Below, in pieces: positions 20,894 through 30,256 of a DNA stretch of 64,000 bases. The position numbers and the translations under genes are program-made. The DNA is from a virus. Under the pieces are notes generated by a model, which had not been told where the DNA came from, did no database searches, and saw only the letters and a program-made list of their open reading frames with translations. The DNA lies in the IMG/VR virus record IMGVR_UViG_3300043122_000207, positions 130,605 to 194,604 of that record, one strand, 5' to 3'. Numbering within the stretch: the first letter of the stretch is position 1; each line of letters starts with the position of its first letter.

Positions 20894-21439
20894 TTGTTAA
20901 ATTATATTCTTAAAATATTCGTAAACATAAAGAACTATTTTTCTAAAGGTGATTCTAATAAGTCTAGAAGAATAGCAAAGAGAATTGTCGATGAAAATGA
21001 TATTGTCAATTTAAATGGTGTGATAAATTATATGAGGAAAAATTTTGATTATGGTAGTGACCCCCTTAATGGTATAATTGATACCCAATATGATTTGGAT
21101 AAAATAATAGAGACTGGTGGTGTTGATGATTGTGATGGGTTTGCTATAATATCAAAGAGGTTGTGTTCTGCAATCGGTTTACAATCTAAAATATTAACTT
21201 ATGTTCCTTTAAATATTACTAAATCACACGTCATTTCAGTTATTGAGATTAATGATGTTTTTGATGCTGAAAAATTGGGGAAAGAAAAAATTATAAAAAA
21301 TAAAAAACCATATTATATGGTGCTCAGTGTTAAGAATATTTATGGTTCATTTGATAGTATAGAAGAAATTATTTCTTTCTTTGAAGAAAAAATTGATAGT
21401 AAAATAATTGCTTATGATTTAAGAGATGGTATAAATTAA
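20894..21439 (+). CDS. Transglutaminase-like cysteine hydrolase
   Basis: GVDDCDGFAI and SHVISV motifs. Confidence 0.55.
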   Translation: MLNYILKIFVNIKNYFSKGDSNKSRRIAKRIVDENDIVNLNGVINYMRKNFDYGSDPLNGIIDTQYDLDKIIETGGVDDCDGFAIISKRLCSAIGLQSKILTYVPLNITKSHVISVIEINDVFDAEKLGKEKIIKNKKPYYMVLSVKNIYGSFDSIEEIISFFEEKIDSKIIAYDLRDGIN

Positions 21440-21440
21440 T

Positions 21441-21477
21441 AAAAAAGCAGGGTATTTCACCCTGCCTATTTTTTTTT
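21441..21477. terminator. Bidirectional terminator
   Basis: A run, GCAGGG/CCCTGC stem, T run, between convergent genes. Confidence 0.85.
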
Positions 21478-21844
21478 ATATTTTTCCTTTTATTTGTGTT
21501 CTGGTTTTATTAAAATTTAGTTTATCGTTTACAGATCTTATCTCTATTTTAACATTGTGTTCTTTTGCTTTTTTTATTCCTTCTCTCATACCAGATGAAA
21601 AACCATTGTCTGTGTATACTGCACAGAGGTCAGCCTTTTCATACCAACTTATACCAGCTTCAATACCCATCTGTCTTTCTTTTGGTATCTTATCGTTTAG
21701 AACTTGGGTGTATAAGAGGTGGCTTGCTATTGGGGCTTCTCCACGTAATAGGGAATCTAATAAAGCTAACCTTGCATATTTGGTGTTTTCTTTACAGTCA
21801 CCTTTATAGGGTGATTCGATTATTACATTCTTCATATTCATCAC
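21476..21844 (-). CDS. Nucleoside 2'-deoxyribosyltransferase/TIR-like small phage protein
   Basis: VIIESPY..N..YAR..DSL.RGEAPIASHLLYTQ..ER..GI.AG..W..AD..VYTD.G.S.GM..GI, a widespread phage family. Confidence 0.65.
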   Translation of the reverse strand: MMNMKNVIIESPYKGDCKENTKYARLALLDSLLRGEAPIASHLLYTQVLNDKIPKERQMGIEAGISWYEKADLCAVYTDNGFSSGMREGIKKAKEHNVKIEIRSVNDKLNFNKTRTQIKGKI

Positions 21845-23360
21845 TCAAATCTATTTCGGTATTTATCATCCATTCTTGACCTTTTTCTTTATGCCAAATA
21901 AATGATTGGTTTCTTGGGTGGGATAAATATCCTTTATTAAAATGCCAATCATCCCGACCTGTGACAGATGCTAAGTTTCTAACTATAACACCATTATCTT
22001 CTTTTGATAATTCAGAATGTAAGTGAGCACCATGCCACTCATGGAATGTTGTTTCTGACCAATCCTTTTTTGCTTCAACCTGCATACACCCAAATATCCT
22101 TTTTCTTTCTTTATCTAGATGTGTGAAACCGATTAAGCTTTCCCCATAACGCACATACTTTCTACTTGCCGGGTTGGTATTTACATTTACATCTTCGTTT
22201 TCTCTATACCATGATTTTATATTGACTATACTGTGGAAGGATGTCATCCAGTCGTGGTTTCCTGGTACCAAGAAAACATTTACTGGTGCTATCTGTGATA
22301 ATAGATCTATTCCCATTATTAAAATCTTTTGACCTTCTATGTACATCTTCTGCCATCTGTCATCGTTTCTTTGTATTGTGCCTTTTGTGGTTCTACCATA
22401 TGTATCATCAAAATTAAAGAAATCATTACCTATTGGAAATATGATTTTTTCGATTCTATCTTTAAGGTTGGTTTCTAAAATTTTAGATATGACGTCATTT
22501 ATAACATACATGAACCTTTCTTTTGCTATATCTGTGTCATAAGACTCTCCGGTTTCTGGATGCCAAGCTAATTTATTTAAATGTAGATCTACAATTGGGA
22601 CTTCCAGAAGTAAATCTTTTTTAACATCTTCTTTTTGTTTTAGTTTGGGTAATTTGGGAGGATTATATATTTGTGCGAATTCAACAAAATGAGATGTCAC
22701 TAAATCGTGGATTTTATGAATGAAGAAATCTTTTTTCTTATATTTTTCATTTTCCCTTATTATCTTTTTTATTTCCTTTTCTTCTATTTTCTGAAAAAAG
22801 TCATCCTTTTCTCTTTCCAGATGGTCTTCTACTAATGGGTCTACACCAAACTTCTCTATTTCTTCGTCGGTGTATTCTATATCGTCATGTATAAACCCGA
22901 ATGCATTCTGCAACATAAGGAAATGTTTTCTTCTTATTTTGTGTTTTTTACATATCTCAGGTATCTTAAGATATCTGCTTGCTCTACCTTTTGGGTCACA
23001 ATAATCCCTTCTTATTTCCCTGTATTTTTCTTTTGTTATTGGGAAGGTATCTTTACCATCTGTAATAACCCAAAAATCACCATTATCTTTTTTTTCTATT
23101 CTCTCTTCTACATTGGCTTCTTTTGTACCTACTTCTTGACCCTCGAAACTATCCTCAAACACCCATTCTTTTGCTGAACGGATGTATTTTAAACCATTAT
23201 CCTTCACAAATCTAGAGATTGTTGTTGAATGAACACCATAATCTTTTGCTATCGATTCTCTTTCGTTGTTGTTTAATCTTTTTTTGAAATCCTCTAAAAT
23301 AGATCTCTTTTCTTTTTTATTTTTATTTTCGAATTGTTTTTTAAATTCGTTCCATTCCAA
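21804..23360 (-). CDS. Calcineurin-like metallophosphoesterase with N-terminal HTH
   Basis: VDLHL, GNDFFNFD, PGNHD, FTH, HLH; IAKDYGVHSTTISRF HTH. Confidence 0.8.
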   Translation of the reverse strand: MEWNEFKKQFENKNKKEKRSILEDFKKRLNNNERESIAKDYGVHSTTISRFVKDNGLKYIRSAKEWVFEDSFEGQEVGTKEANVEERIEKKDNGDFWVITDGKDTFPITKEKYREIRRDYCDPKGRASRYLKIPEICKKHKIRRKHFLMLQNAFGFIHDDIEYTDEEIEKFGVDPLVEDHLEREKDDFFQKIEEKEIKKIIRENEKYKKKDFFIHKIHDLVTSHFVEFAQIYNPPKLPKLKQKEDVKKDLLLEVPIVDLHLNKLAWHPETGESYDTDIAKERFMYVINDVISKILETNLKDRIEKIIFPIGNDFFNFDDTYGRTTKGTIQRNDDRWQKMYIEGQKILIMGIDLLSQIAPVNVFLVPGNHDWMTSFHSIVNIKSWYRENEDVNVNTNPASRKYVRYGESLIGFTHLDKERKRIFGCMQVEAKKDWSETTFHEWHGAHLHSELSKEDNGVIVRNLASVTGRDDWHFNKGYLSHPRNQSFIWHKEKGQEWMINTEIDLSDEYEECNNRITL

Positions 23361-23490
23361 GATCTTTCACCGCCTTATAATTATTTATAAAAACGTTCTA
23401 CACAATTGTTAAAATCGGGTGTTGAAATTTGGGGTTTTAAAAAATTATATCCAAACAAAAATATGAAGAAAAATAATTAAAAAGGAGCTG

Positions 23491-24450
23491 ATGGTTTTGG
23501 ATAAAAAAATAAGATTAAAGATGAGTGATTTACAGTTTGATGAAAATGTTTCAGATATTTTTTTAAATAAAATAAATGTTCCATTACCGATGGTGGGGGA
23601 TTATCCAGTACAGGAGACTTTGGATATACTTCGGACTGGTAGTGTTAGGTCTAAAGGCAAAAGATATAATATTTTAAAATATATCAAATCAGTTTATGCT
23701 CCGGTTCATATAGACGATGGGGGGTCTGGAAGAGGATTTTTGTATCCTTATAGAAAAGAGACATATATAGATGTCTTAAAAGAAATATCTTCATATGTTG
23801 ATTTGATTATAACTTATCCCGATGGTGAACCAGATATAATGGAGGAGTATATTAGTTACGGAGCAAATGGCTTTATGGTTACAAATTGGAAAGAAGAATA
23901 TCAGAAGATTAAAAATAACTATGAAGTGAGTATATCAAGAAGTGTAGTTGGGAATGCGTATAATAAAAATTTCGATGGTGGGTTTGATGGGTACGTTGTC
24001 CCAGACGGAGGTTTATTGGATTATGATTTATTAGAAAAAATTAAAAAAGATGATAGAAATTTCAGTGGTATGCCAAATTTATTGTGTAAAACGACTTGTC
24101 CATATTTAGACGAGCATGTTTTGTATTTGAAAGAAAATGGTAGATTTGATTATACATGGGATAAATATCATAGTTGTCCATCGAATACTAAAAAAAGTTT
24201 TTTTATACCAAGACCTGTTTTGGTTAAACTTCTAAGAGAAGGGTACATTGATAGTGTAAAACTAGTTGGCAGAAACTCTTATTTAGAAAAAAATATAAGT
24301 GTACTTTTATATTATATTTTTGGGGAAGCCTACCCTAATATTGAAAAAATATACAACCATATCGTGGTCAACAATAATTGGATGTTCTCTAATATGGTGT
24401 CTTTAAATTGTAAGTATGACTGTCTAAATTGTGATAGAAAATGTTACTAA
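23491..24450 (+). CDS. U32-family (Fe-S) protein
   Basis: SISRSV, MPNLLCKTTCPY, HSCP, FFIPR, DSVKLVGRN and a C-terminal CxxxCxxCxxxC; same layout as 42507..43517. Confidence 0.6.
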   Translation: MVLDKKIRLKMSDLQFDENVSDIFLNKINVPLPMVGDYPVQETLDILRTGSVRSKGKRYNILKYIKSVYAPVHIDDGGSGRGFLYPYRKETYIDVLKEISSYVDLIITYPDGEPDIMEEYISYGANGFMVTNWKEEYQKIKNNYEVSISRSVVGNAYNKNFDGGFDGYVVPDGGLLDYDLLEKIKKDDRNFSGMPNLLCKTTCPYLDEHVLYLKENGRFDYTWDKYHSCPSNTKKSFFIPRPVLVKLLREGYIDSVKLVGRNSYLEKNISVLLYYIFGEAYPNIEKIYNHIVVNNNWMFSNMVSLNCKYDCLNCDRKCY

Positions 24451-24479
24451 AATCAAAAATATTTGGAGGTTTTTAATCA

Positions 24480-27400
24480 ATGAAAACTGTTGTAAAAAGA
24501 GATGGCAAAGAAACTGAGTATAAACCTGAAAAGATAAAGAATGCGGTATTAAAGGCTGCGACTGAAGTGGATGCAAAAGATCCTGAGACTATTTCGGTTA
24601 GGATGATGAAGACCGTGGATAATCTTTTAGAAAAGCACTATTATAAAGAAGATGAGACCCCTAGTGTTGAAGAAATACAAGATTTAGTGGAAAAAGGTTT
24701 AGTTTATGATAATAACTATGAGGTTTCTAAAGCATATATTCTGTACAGAGAAAAACAAAATGAGAGAAGAAAGTTTAAGAATAAAGATAATGGGTTACTT
24801 CCACATGATTATCTTAGTGATTTTAAACATATAGTAAACCCTTTCCCAACAGAACTGGGACAATTCATTTATTATAGAACTTATTCTAGATGGCTTGAAA
24901 AAGAAGAAAGAAGAGAAAATTGGTGGGAGACAGTTAAAAGAGCAGTAGAATACAATACATCTTTATTACCAACCAGTAAAAAAGAAATGAAAAAATTATA
25001 TAAAAATGTTTTTTCATTTAAGAATTTCTTAGCTGGTAGAACACTTTGGGCTGGCGGTGGAGAGGTAAGTAAGAAATATCCTATGAGTAATTTTAACTGC
25101 TCATTTACTGTGCTTGATTCTATAGAGTCTTACGGTGATATTTTTTATCTTCTGATGTTGGGGAGTGGTACCGGATTTCGAGTTCTTCCGGAGGATGTCG
25201 ATAAGTTACCTAAATTCAGAACAGATATAAAGGTCATAAATAAATCATATGAGCCTAGAGATAAACCGTATAGGAATGAGCACACAGAATTAGTCTTTAA
25301 TAAGAATATTGCAACTATACATGTTGGTGATTCAAAAGAGGGTTGGGTTCAGTCTTTATTGAGATATTTTGATCTACTGACCAATTCAATATACAGGGAT
25401 ATAGATACTGTTGTTTTTGAATATGATTCTGTGCGACCTAAAGGGGAGAAACTTGAGACATTTGGTGGAACAGCCTCTGGATATGAGAGCTTAGAGAGAA
25501 TGTTTAAAAAGATAGATACTATTTTAAATGGTGTTAAAAAGGAAAAATTAGATGGTATGAATAGATATAGTTTAAGACCTATAGACGCAATGGATTTTGC
25601 GAATGTTATAGCTGAGAACGTGGTTTCTGGTGGTGTAAGAAGATCATCGCAAATATGTTTGTTTTCGGCTGATGATAAAGAAATTATAGAAGCAAAATCG
25701 AACCTATATAAACAGGTTGACGGTGAATGGGTCTTAAATGAAGAGATTTCCCATAGACAAATGAGCAATAATACTATATATTATGAAGATAAACCATCTA
25801 AAGAGCAATTATCTTGGCATGTTAAACAAATGAGATTCTCTGGTGAACCTGGTTTCTTAAATGTAGAAGAAGCTAAAAGAAGAAGAGAAGATTTTAATGG
25901 AGTTAATCCTTGTTTCACTGGTGATATGAAACTACTAACTGATGATGGATACAAAACATTTGAAGAATTGAATGGTAAAAATGTCGGTGTTGTCAATATT
26001 AATGGTGAAGTCACAAATGGTAAGGTTTGGTCGAATGGTGTTAAAGATGTGATAGAATTAAAAACCTCTGATGGTAAAGGTATCAGATGTACACCCGACC
26101 ATATTTTTATGGATAGTGATGGAAACGAAATAGAAGCAAAAGATATGAAACACAAAAGAGTGATGCCAGCATTCTATAAAAATACTAAAAATAATACTCT
26201 ATATTCTGTTTTGGGATTCATACAGGGTGACGGAAGTCTGACTAGATTAAATAGTGAAACACATAAAGGTATAGAGATTAATTTATCAAAGAAAGACGAT
26301 GATGTTTTAGATCTGTTGGAAGGTGGTCAAAAACAAGCAAGGGAAAGAGTATACTACACCGGTGCTTATCAGGATGAATTGATAGAGTTAAAATTTAGTT
26401 CTGAAAGATTACCTAACAGAACATTACCTGAAACATTTGATGAGTGGGATATAGATAAGAAAAAGAACTTCATTAAAGGTCTATATTCTGCAAATGGATC
26501 TGTTATTGGTGGTGAGGGTAGAGGTAGAGTCACACTCAAGTCAACGTGTAAAGATTTAATAAAACATGTCAGTGAATTCTTAAAAAGTATATGCATTGAT
26601 AACTATATAACAACAAATAAAGCAAAAGAAAATGAATTTCAGAATGGTAGTTATGAAATGAAAGAAAGTTATGATCTTAATATTGGAAAACATTCTGAGA
26701 GACTGAAGTTTTATAGAGAAATTGGTTTTATTCAAGAATACAAAGAATTAAAATTAAAAAGATACCTTAAACTCAATGCACCAAAAGTAATATCTATTAA
26801 TGAAATAGGTGAAGAGGAAGTTTATGATTTTAATGAACCTGAAACACACTGGGGTGTAGTTGAAGGTTGTGTTGTACACAATTGCGCAGAAATTCTTTTA
26901 GACTCAAAAGGTGTTTGTAATTTAACCACTACAAATTGTATGATGTTTGTTAATGACGGTGAATTGGATAGAGAAGGTATATTGGAAGCTCAAAGATTAG
27001 CTGCAAGAGCTGGATACCGTATGGCCAATGTGGAGTTTGAATTAAATGATTGGGACAGAATCAATGAGAGAGATAGACTCATTGGTGTGTCTATTACAGG
27101 GTGGCAGGATATGGTCAATGCACTTGGATGGGATGATTCTTTTAAAGAAGCCCTGAATAAAAAAGACGAACTTATATCATCTTATTTAACAGGTGGAAAG
27201 ACTGGGGATGGATATTTACCTTCGGGTATATTAAAACAGATCAAACTACTGAATGATATGAAGAAGGCAGCTATCGATGGTGCTGAAAGTTTAGCAGCAG
27301 AAGTTGGTGGGATTGAACCTAAACTTGTCACCACAGTTAAACCAGAAGGCACACAATCACAAATGCCAACTGTTTCCAGTGGTCTCCATTATTCACATAG

Positions 27401-27911
27401 CCCTTATTTTATTAGAAGGGTTCGTATATCAGGTACAGATCCTTTAGTAGATGTTTGCGATGAATTGGGTTACACGATTAAACCTGAAAATGGTCATGAT
27501 CCTGAAAATCCAGAAACAGTAGTATTGGAGTTTCCTGTTAAAGCACCTGATGGTATAACTAAAGCAGATGTCAGTGCTATAGAGCAATTAGAGATGTATA
27601 GAATGTTTATGAAAACATATGTTGACCATAATGCATCAATTACTGTCCATGTTCGAGACGATGAATGGGGTGATGTTGAAAAATGGTTATGGGATAATTG
27701 GGATGATGTTGTTGGTGTTTCATTTATTTCGTATAACGATAATTTCTATGATCTTATGCCGTATGAAGAAATTGATGAAGAAACTTATTTAGAAATGGAA
27801 GATAATATGAAACCCTTTAGAACTTCTCTAATAAGTAAATATGAAATAGAGCACAAAGAAAGACTGATCGATGATTCTTCATGTGAGTCAGGTGCTTGTC
27901 CAGTAAGATAA
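24480..27911 (+). CDS. nrdJ: Class II (AdoCbl) ribonucleotide reductase with N-terminal ATP cone and intein
   Basis: VVKRDG ATP cone, YYRTYSR, NFNCSF, LMLGSGTGF, VVSGGVRRSS, NPC/AEI, TTVKPEGT, C-terminal CESGACPVR. Confidence 0.93.
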   Translation: MKTVVKRDGKETEYKPEKIKNAVLKAATEVDAKDPETISVRMMKTVDNLLEKHYYKEDETPSVEEIQDLVEKGLVYDNNYEVSKAYILYREKQNERRKFKNKDNGLLPHDYLSDFKHIVNPFPTELGQFIYYRTYSRWLEKEERRENWWETVKRAVEYNTSLLPTSKKEMKKLYKNVFSFKNFLAGRTLWAGGGEVSKKYPMSNFNCSFTVLDSIESYGDIFYLLMLGSGTGFRVLPEDVDKLPKFRTDIKVINKSYEPRDKPYRNEHTELVFNKNIATIHVGDSKEGWVQSLLRYFDLLTNSIYRDIDTVVFEYDSVRPKGEKLETFGGTASGYESLERMFKKIDTILNGVKKEKLDGMNRYSLRPIDAMDFANVIAENVVSGGVRRSSQICLFSADDKEIIEAKSNLYKQVDGEWVLNEEISHRQMSNNTIYYEDKPSKEQLSWHVKQMRFSGEPGFLNVEEAKRRREDFNGVNPCFTGDMKLLTDDGYKTFEELNGKNVGVVNINGEVTNGKVWSNGVKDVIELKTSDGKGIRCTPDHIFMDSDGNEIEAKDMKHKRVMPAFYKNTKNNTLYSVLGFIQGDGSLTRLNSETHKGIEINLSKKDDDVLDLLEGGQKQARERVYYTGAYQDELIELKFSSERLPNRTLPETFDEWDIDKKKNFIKGLYSANGSVIGGEGRGRVTLKSTCKDLIKHVSEFLKSICIDNYITTNKAKENEFQNGSYEMKESYDLNIGKHSERLKFYREIGFIQEYKELKLKRYLKLNAPKVISINEIGEEEVYDFNEPETHWGVVEGCVVHNCAEILLDSKGVCNLTTTNCMMFVNDGELDREGILEAQRLAARAGYRMANVEFELNDWDRINERDRLIGVSITGWQDMVNALGWDDSFKEALNKKDELISSYLTGGKTGDGYLPSGILKQIKLLNDMKKAAIDGAESLAAEVGGIEPKLVTTVKPEGTQSQMPTVSSGLHYSHSPYFIRRVRISGTDPLVDVCDELGYTIKPENGHDPENPETVVLEFPVKAPDGITKADVSAIEQLEMYRMFMKTYVDHNASITVHVRDDEWGDVEKWLWDNWDDVVGVSFISYNDNFYDLMPYEEIDEETYLEMEDNMKPFRTSLISKYEIEHKERLIDDSSCESGACPVR
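25911..26882 (+). mobile_element. 324-aa intein with LAGLIDADG homing endonuclease, inserted at the RNR thiyl-radical Cys
   Basis: Begins CFTGD after NP, ends VVHN before CAEI; LGFIQGDGS and FIKGLYSANGS blocks. Confidence 0.92.
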
Positions 27912-27968
27912 ATATAATAGGTGGGTGGTTTTAAAAATCATCCACCTTTAATATGTGGGGTGTATTAA

Positions 27969-28439
27969 ATGATAAAATATATGGTTGGTGACCTATTAGA
28001 AGCTAAAGAAGATATAATCTGTCATCAGGTTAATTGTCAGGGTGCCTTTGGTGCTGGTATAGCTAAACAGATAGCTAAAGAATACCCAGAATCTAAAAAG
28101 AGTTATGTGGAATATTGTGAGAGATATAATGATATTCTTGGGGATTGTTTGGTTACTAAAGAAGATGATTTATGGGTTGCTAATTTATTTGGTCAAGATT
28201 ATTATGGTAGATATGGTTATTACTATGAGAAATATAACCGACAAACAAATTATGATGCTTTAAAAAAAGCTATGGTGTTATTAGTTAATGAATATCCTGA
28301 TAAATCGTATGCTTTCCCTTATTTGATTGGTTGTGGATTAGCAGGCGGTGACTGGGAAATAGTTTTGGGTATAATTGGGGACGTTTTCAAAGACAACAGT
28401 GTTGTTATATATGATTTAGAAAATAAGAGAGGTGTATAA
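27969..28439 (+). CDS. Macro domain (ADP-ribose hydrolase) protein
   Basis: GDLL..ICHQVNCQGAFGAGIA..ANLFGQ..PYLIGCGLAGGDW. Confidence 0.9.
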   Translation: MIKYMVGDLLEAKEDIICHQVNCQGAFGAGIAKQIAKEYPESKKSYVEYCERYNDILGDCLVTKEDDLWVANLFGQDYYGRYGYYYEKYNRQTNYDALKKAMVLLVNEYPDKSYAFPYLIGCGLAGGDWEIVLGIIGDVFKDNSVVIYDLENKRGV

Positions 28440-28441
28440 AA

Positions 28442-29092
28442 ATGATCTATATCCTTTCAGGACCAACATGTTCGGGTAAGACAACCATTGGAAAAAGATC
28501 TAAACTTCCTGAATTAATTTCACATACATCAAGAGATATGAGGGAAGGAGAAGTACATGGTGAGACATATTATTTTGTGACAAAGGATGATATATCGAAA
28601 ATGGACAAAGTAGAGTTCACCGAATATGGTGGGGGTATATTACACACTCTAAAGAATTTTCTCAAAAAACACGACATGTATGGTTTCGCTAATATGATAA
28701 ACGATAGTGGTTCAAACTATTATTGTCTATCAAAAAAAGAAGTAGAAAAAAAACTTGACAAATACAAAGATGTTTTTGTGATAATGGACAAAGTGGGTAT
28801 TGAAATCATGCGTGAAAAATATAAAGAAGAAGTTGTCGTTATTTATATAGATGTACCAATCAAACAGTTAGTAAAAAGAGTCTTTAAAAGAGATGGTTTT
28901 ATTAAAGGTATAAATAGACTTTTCCATATGTATGTAACTAAAGAAAGGGATAACGAGTATATTGCGGACTTCGTTATAGATAATTCTGACGGACATTTAA
29001 AATATGCTGTTCAAACATTTAAGAATATAATACTTGGTAATAGAGTAGAGGATTATAAAGATATATTTAGAACAGATTATATGCATCTATAA
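28442..29092 (+). CDS. gmk: Guanylate kinase-like NMP kinase
   Basis: SGPTCSGKTT, SHTSRDMREGEVHGETYYFV. Confidence 0.8.
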   Translation: MIYILSGPTCSGKTTIGKRSKLPELISHTSRDMREGEVHGETYYFVTKDDISKMDKVEFTEYGGGILHTLKNFLKKHDMYGFANMINDSGSNYYCLSKKEVEKKLDKYKDVFVIMDKVGIEIMREKYKEEVVVIYIDVPIKQLVKRVFKRDGFIKGINRLFHMYVTKERDNEYIADFVIDNSDGHLKYAVQTFKNIILGNRVEDYKDIFRTDYMHL

Positions 29093-29095
29093 AGG

Positions 29096-29120
29096 AAACG
29101 GGGTATTCAACCCCGTTTTT
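29096..29120. terminator. Bidirectional terminator
   Basis: AAACGGGG/CCCCGTTT between convergent genes. Confidence 0.8.
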
Positions 29121-29610
29121 ATATTCTGTCGTATATGGTTCTTTGGTTGGTTGCCTCTGTGTTATCAACATACTTCATATTGTATAGGTCTTTATTATCT
29201 CTATTGTAACCATCAAATAAAAAGTTATATGCTATGTAACCAATGACTGCTCTTTTATTGTATTTATTTACCGATACTTTTGTACATTTTTTTTCTTCTA
29301 TACAAAAGATGAGTGTTTCTTTAAAATACCCTTTGTCTTTATATTTCCCTAAGATATATATATCATGTATAAAACTTTTATCTTCATTTAATGCTAATAG
29401 ACCAGCAGGTACATTGTTTTTAAAAGATATAACATATACGTCTGTATCGTCATCGTGTAATAATTCTTTATTAGCTTCACTATAATCTATTTCTTTTAGA
29501 TATTCGTCTATTTCTTTATCTGTTTCTAAAGGGTTTAGTTTTAGGTTAGTTGCTTTCTTACCTTTTGTTTTTATCTCAAATAAGGCATCCTGAAAAGTTT
29601 TTCTAGCCAC
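29119..29610 (-). CDS. GNAT-family acetyltransferase
   Basis: IHDIYILGKYKDKGYF, V..YNKRAV..Y...F. Confidence 0.65.
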   Translation of the reverse strand: MARKTFQDALFEIKTKGKKATNLKLNPLETDKEIDEYLKEIDYSEANKELLHDDDTDVYVISFKNNVPAGLLALNEDKSFIHDIYILGKYKDKGYFKETLIFCIEEKKCTKVSVNKYNKRAVIGYIAYNFLFDGYNRDNKDLYNMKYVDNTEATNQRTIYDRI

Positions 29611-29669
29611 TATTTTTCACACCTCACTTTAATAATAAATGGTAGGGGTTCCCCCTACCATTTTTATGT

Positions 29670-30083
29670 TTACTCTTCATCCTTTTTTTCTTCTTCATCT
29701 TTTTTCTTTTTGGATGAAGATTTCTTATATTTTTTCTTGGAAGATGTATATGATTTTTCTTCCTTTTCATCAGCACTGGATTTTGATTTTTCTGTGTTCA
29801 CTTTTGTTTTGGGTTCTCTTTTTTTGGGTTTAGATTCTTCTTGAATCTTTTCCCAAACTTCTTTAGCACCTTTATCTCCACGCTTAATCATTTTTTGGAT
29901 ATATTTCTCATCCACATCGACATTTACACCGGAAGGTGTTACAACCTTTACTTTATGACCTTCATTAACAACATTCATTAATGTTTTGAGATTAACAAGT
30001 GTTGGTGTCATAATTGGTGCCTGCATTCCCAGTGTTTCTACTATACCATCAGATTCGATTAAAATTTTTAATTTCTTTGACAT
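29670..30083 (-). CDS. Hypothetical protein with Lys/Glu-rich tail
   Basis: GGAGG RBS; ORF followed by a hairpin. Confidence 0.5.
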   Translation of the reverse strand: MSKKLKILIESDGIVETLGMQAPIMTPTLVNLKTLMNVVNEGHKVKVVTPSGVNVDVDEKYIQKMIKRGDKGAKEVWEKIQEESKPKKREPKTKVNTEKSKSSADEKEEKSYTSSKKKYKKSSSKKKKDEEEKKDEE

Positions 30084-30103
30084 TTAAAATCCTCCTTGAA
30101 ATT

Positions 30104-30232
30104 TTATAAACTATAATCTCCATTTTCTTCTTCTGAGCTTTCTAAGATGTCAGAAGTTAAAAGTATATCAAAATGTGTCATATTGTTGGTGGTATCCATA
30201 ACCGAATTAATCATATCAGCTATAAGGTCCAT
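30104..30232 (-). CDS. Putative 42-aa acidic protein
   Basis: MDLIADMINSVMDTT...EEENGDYSL; AAGGGGG RBS-like sequence upstream; fills the gap between two same-strand genes. Confidence 0.45.
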   Translation of the reverse strand: MDLIADMINSVMDTTNNMTHFDILLTSDILESSEEENGDYSL

Positions 30233-30256
30233 TCATACATACCCCCTTAATAAATT

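Noticed and set aside
21804-23360. SbcD/Mre11 partner of SbcC
   Set aside because: Different strand and operon, the phosphoesterase domain is C-terminal, and the motif spacing matches a separate phage family.
27919-27947. Hairpin after nrdJ as a terminator
   Set aside because: Stem present but no real U tract and downstream genes look co-transcribed; may be a processing or stability element.
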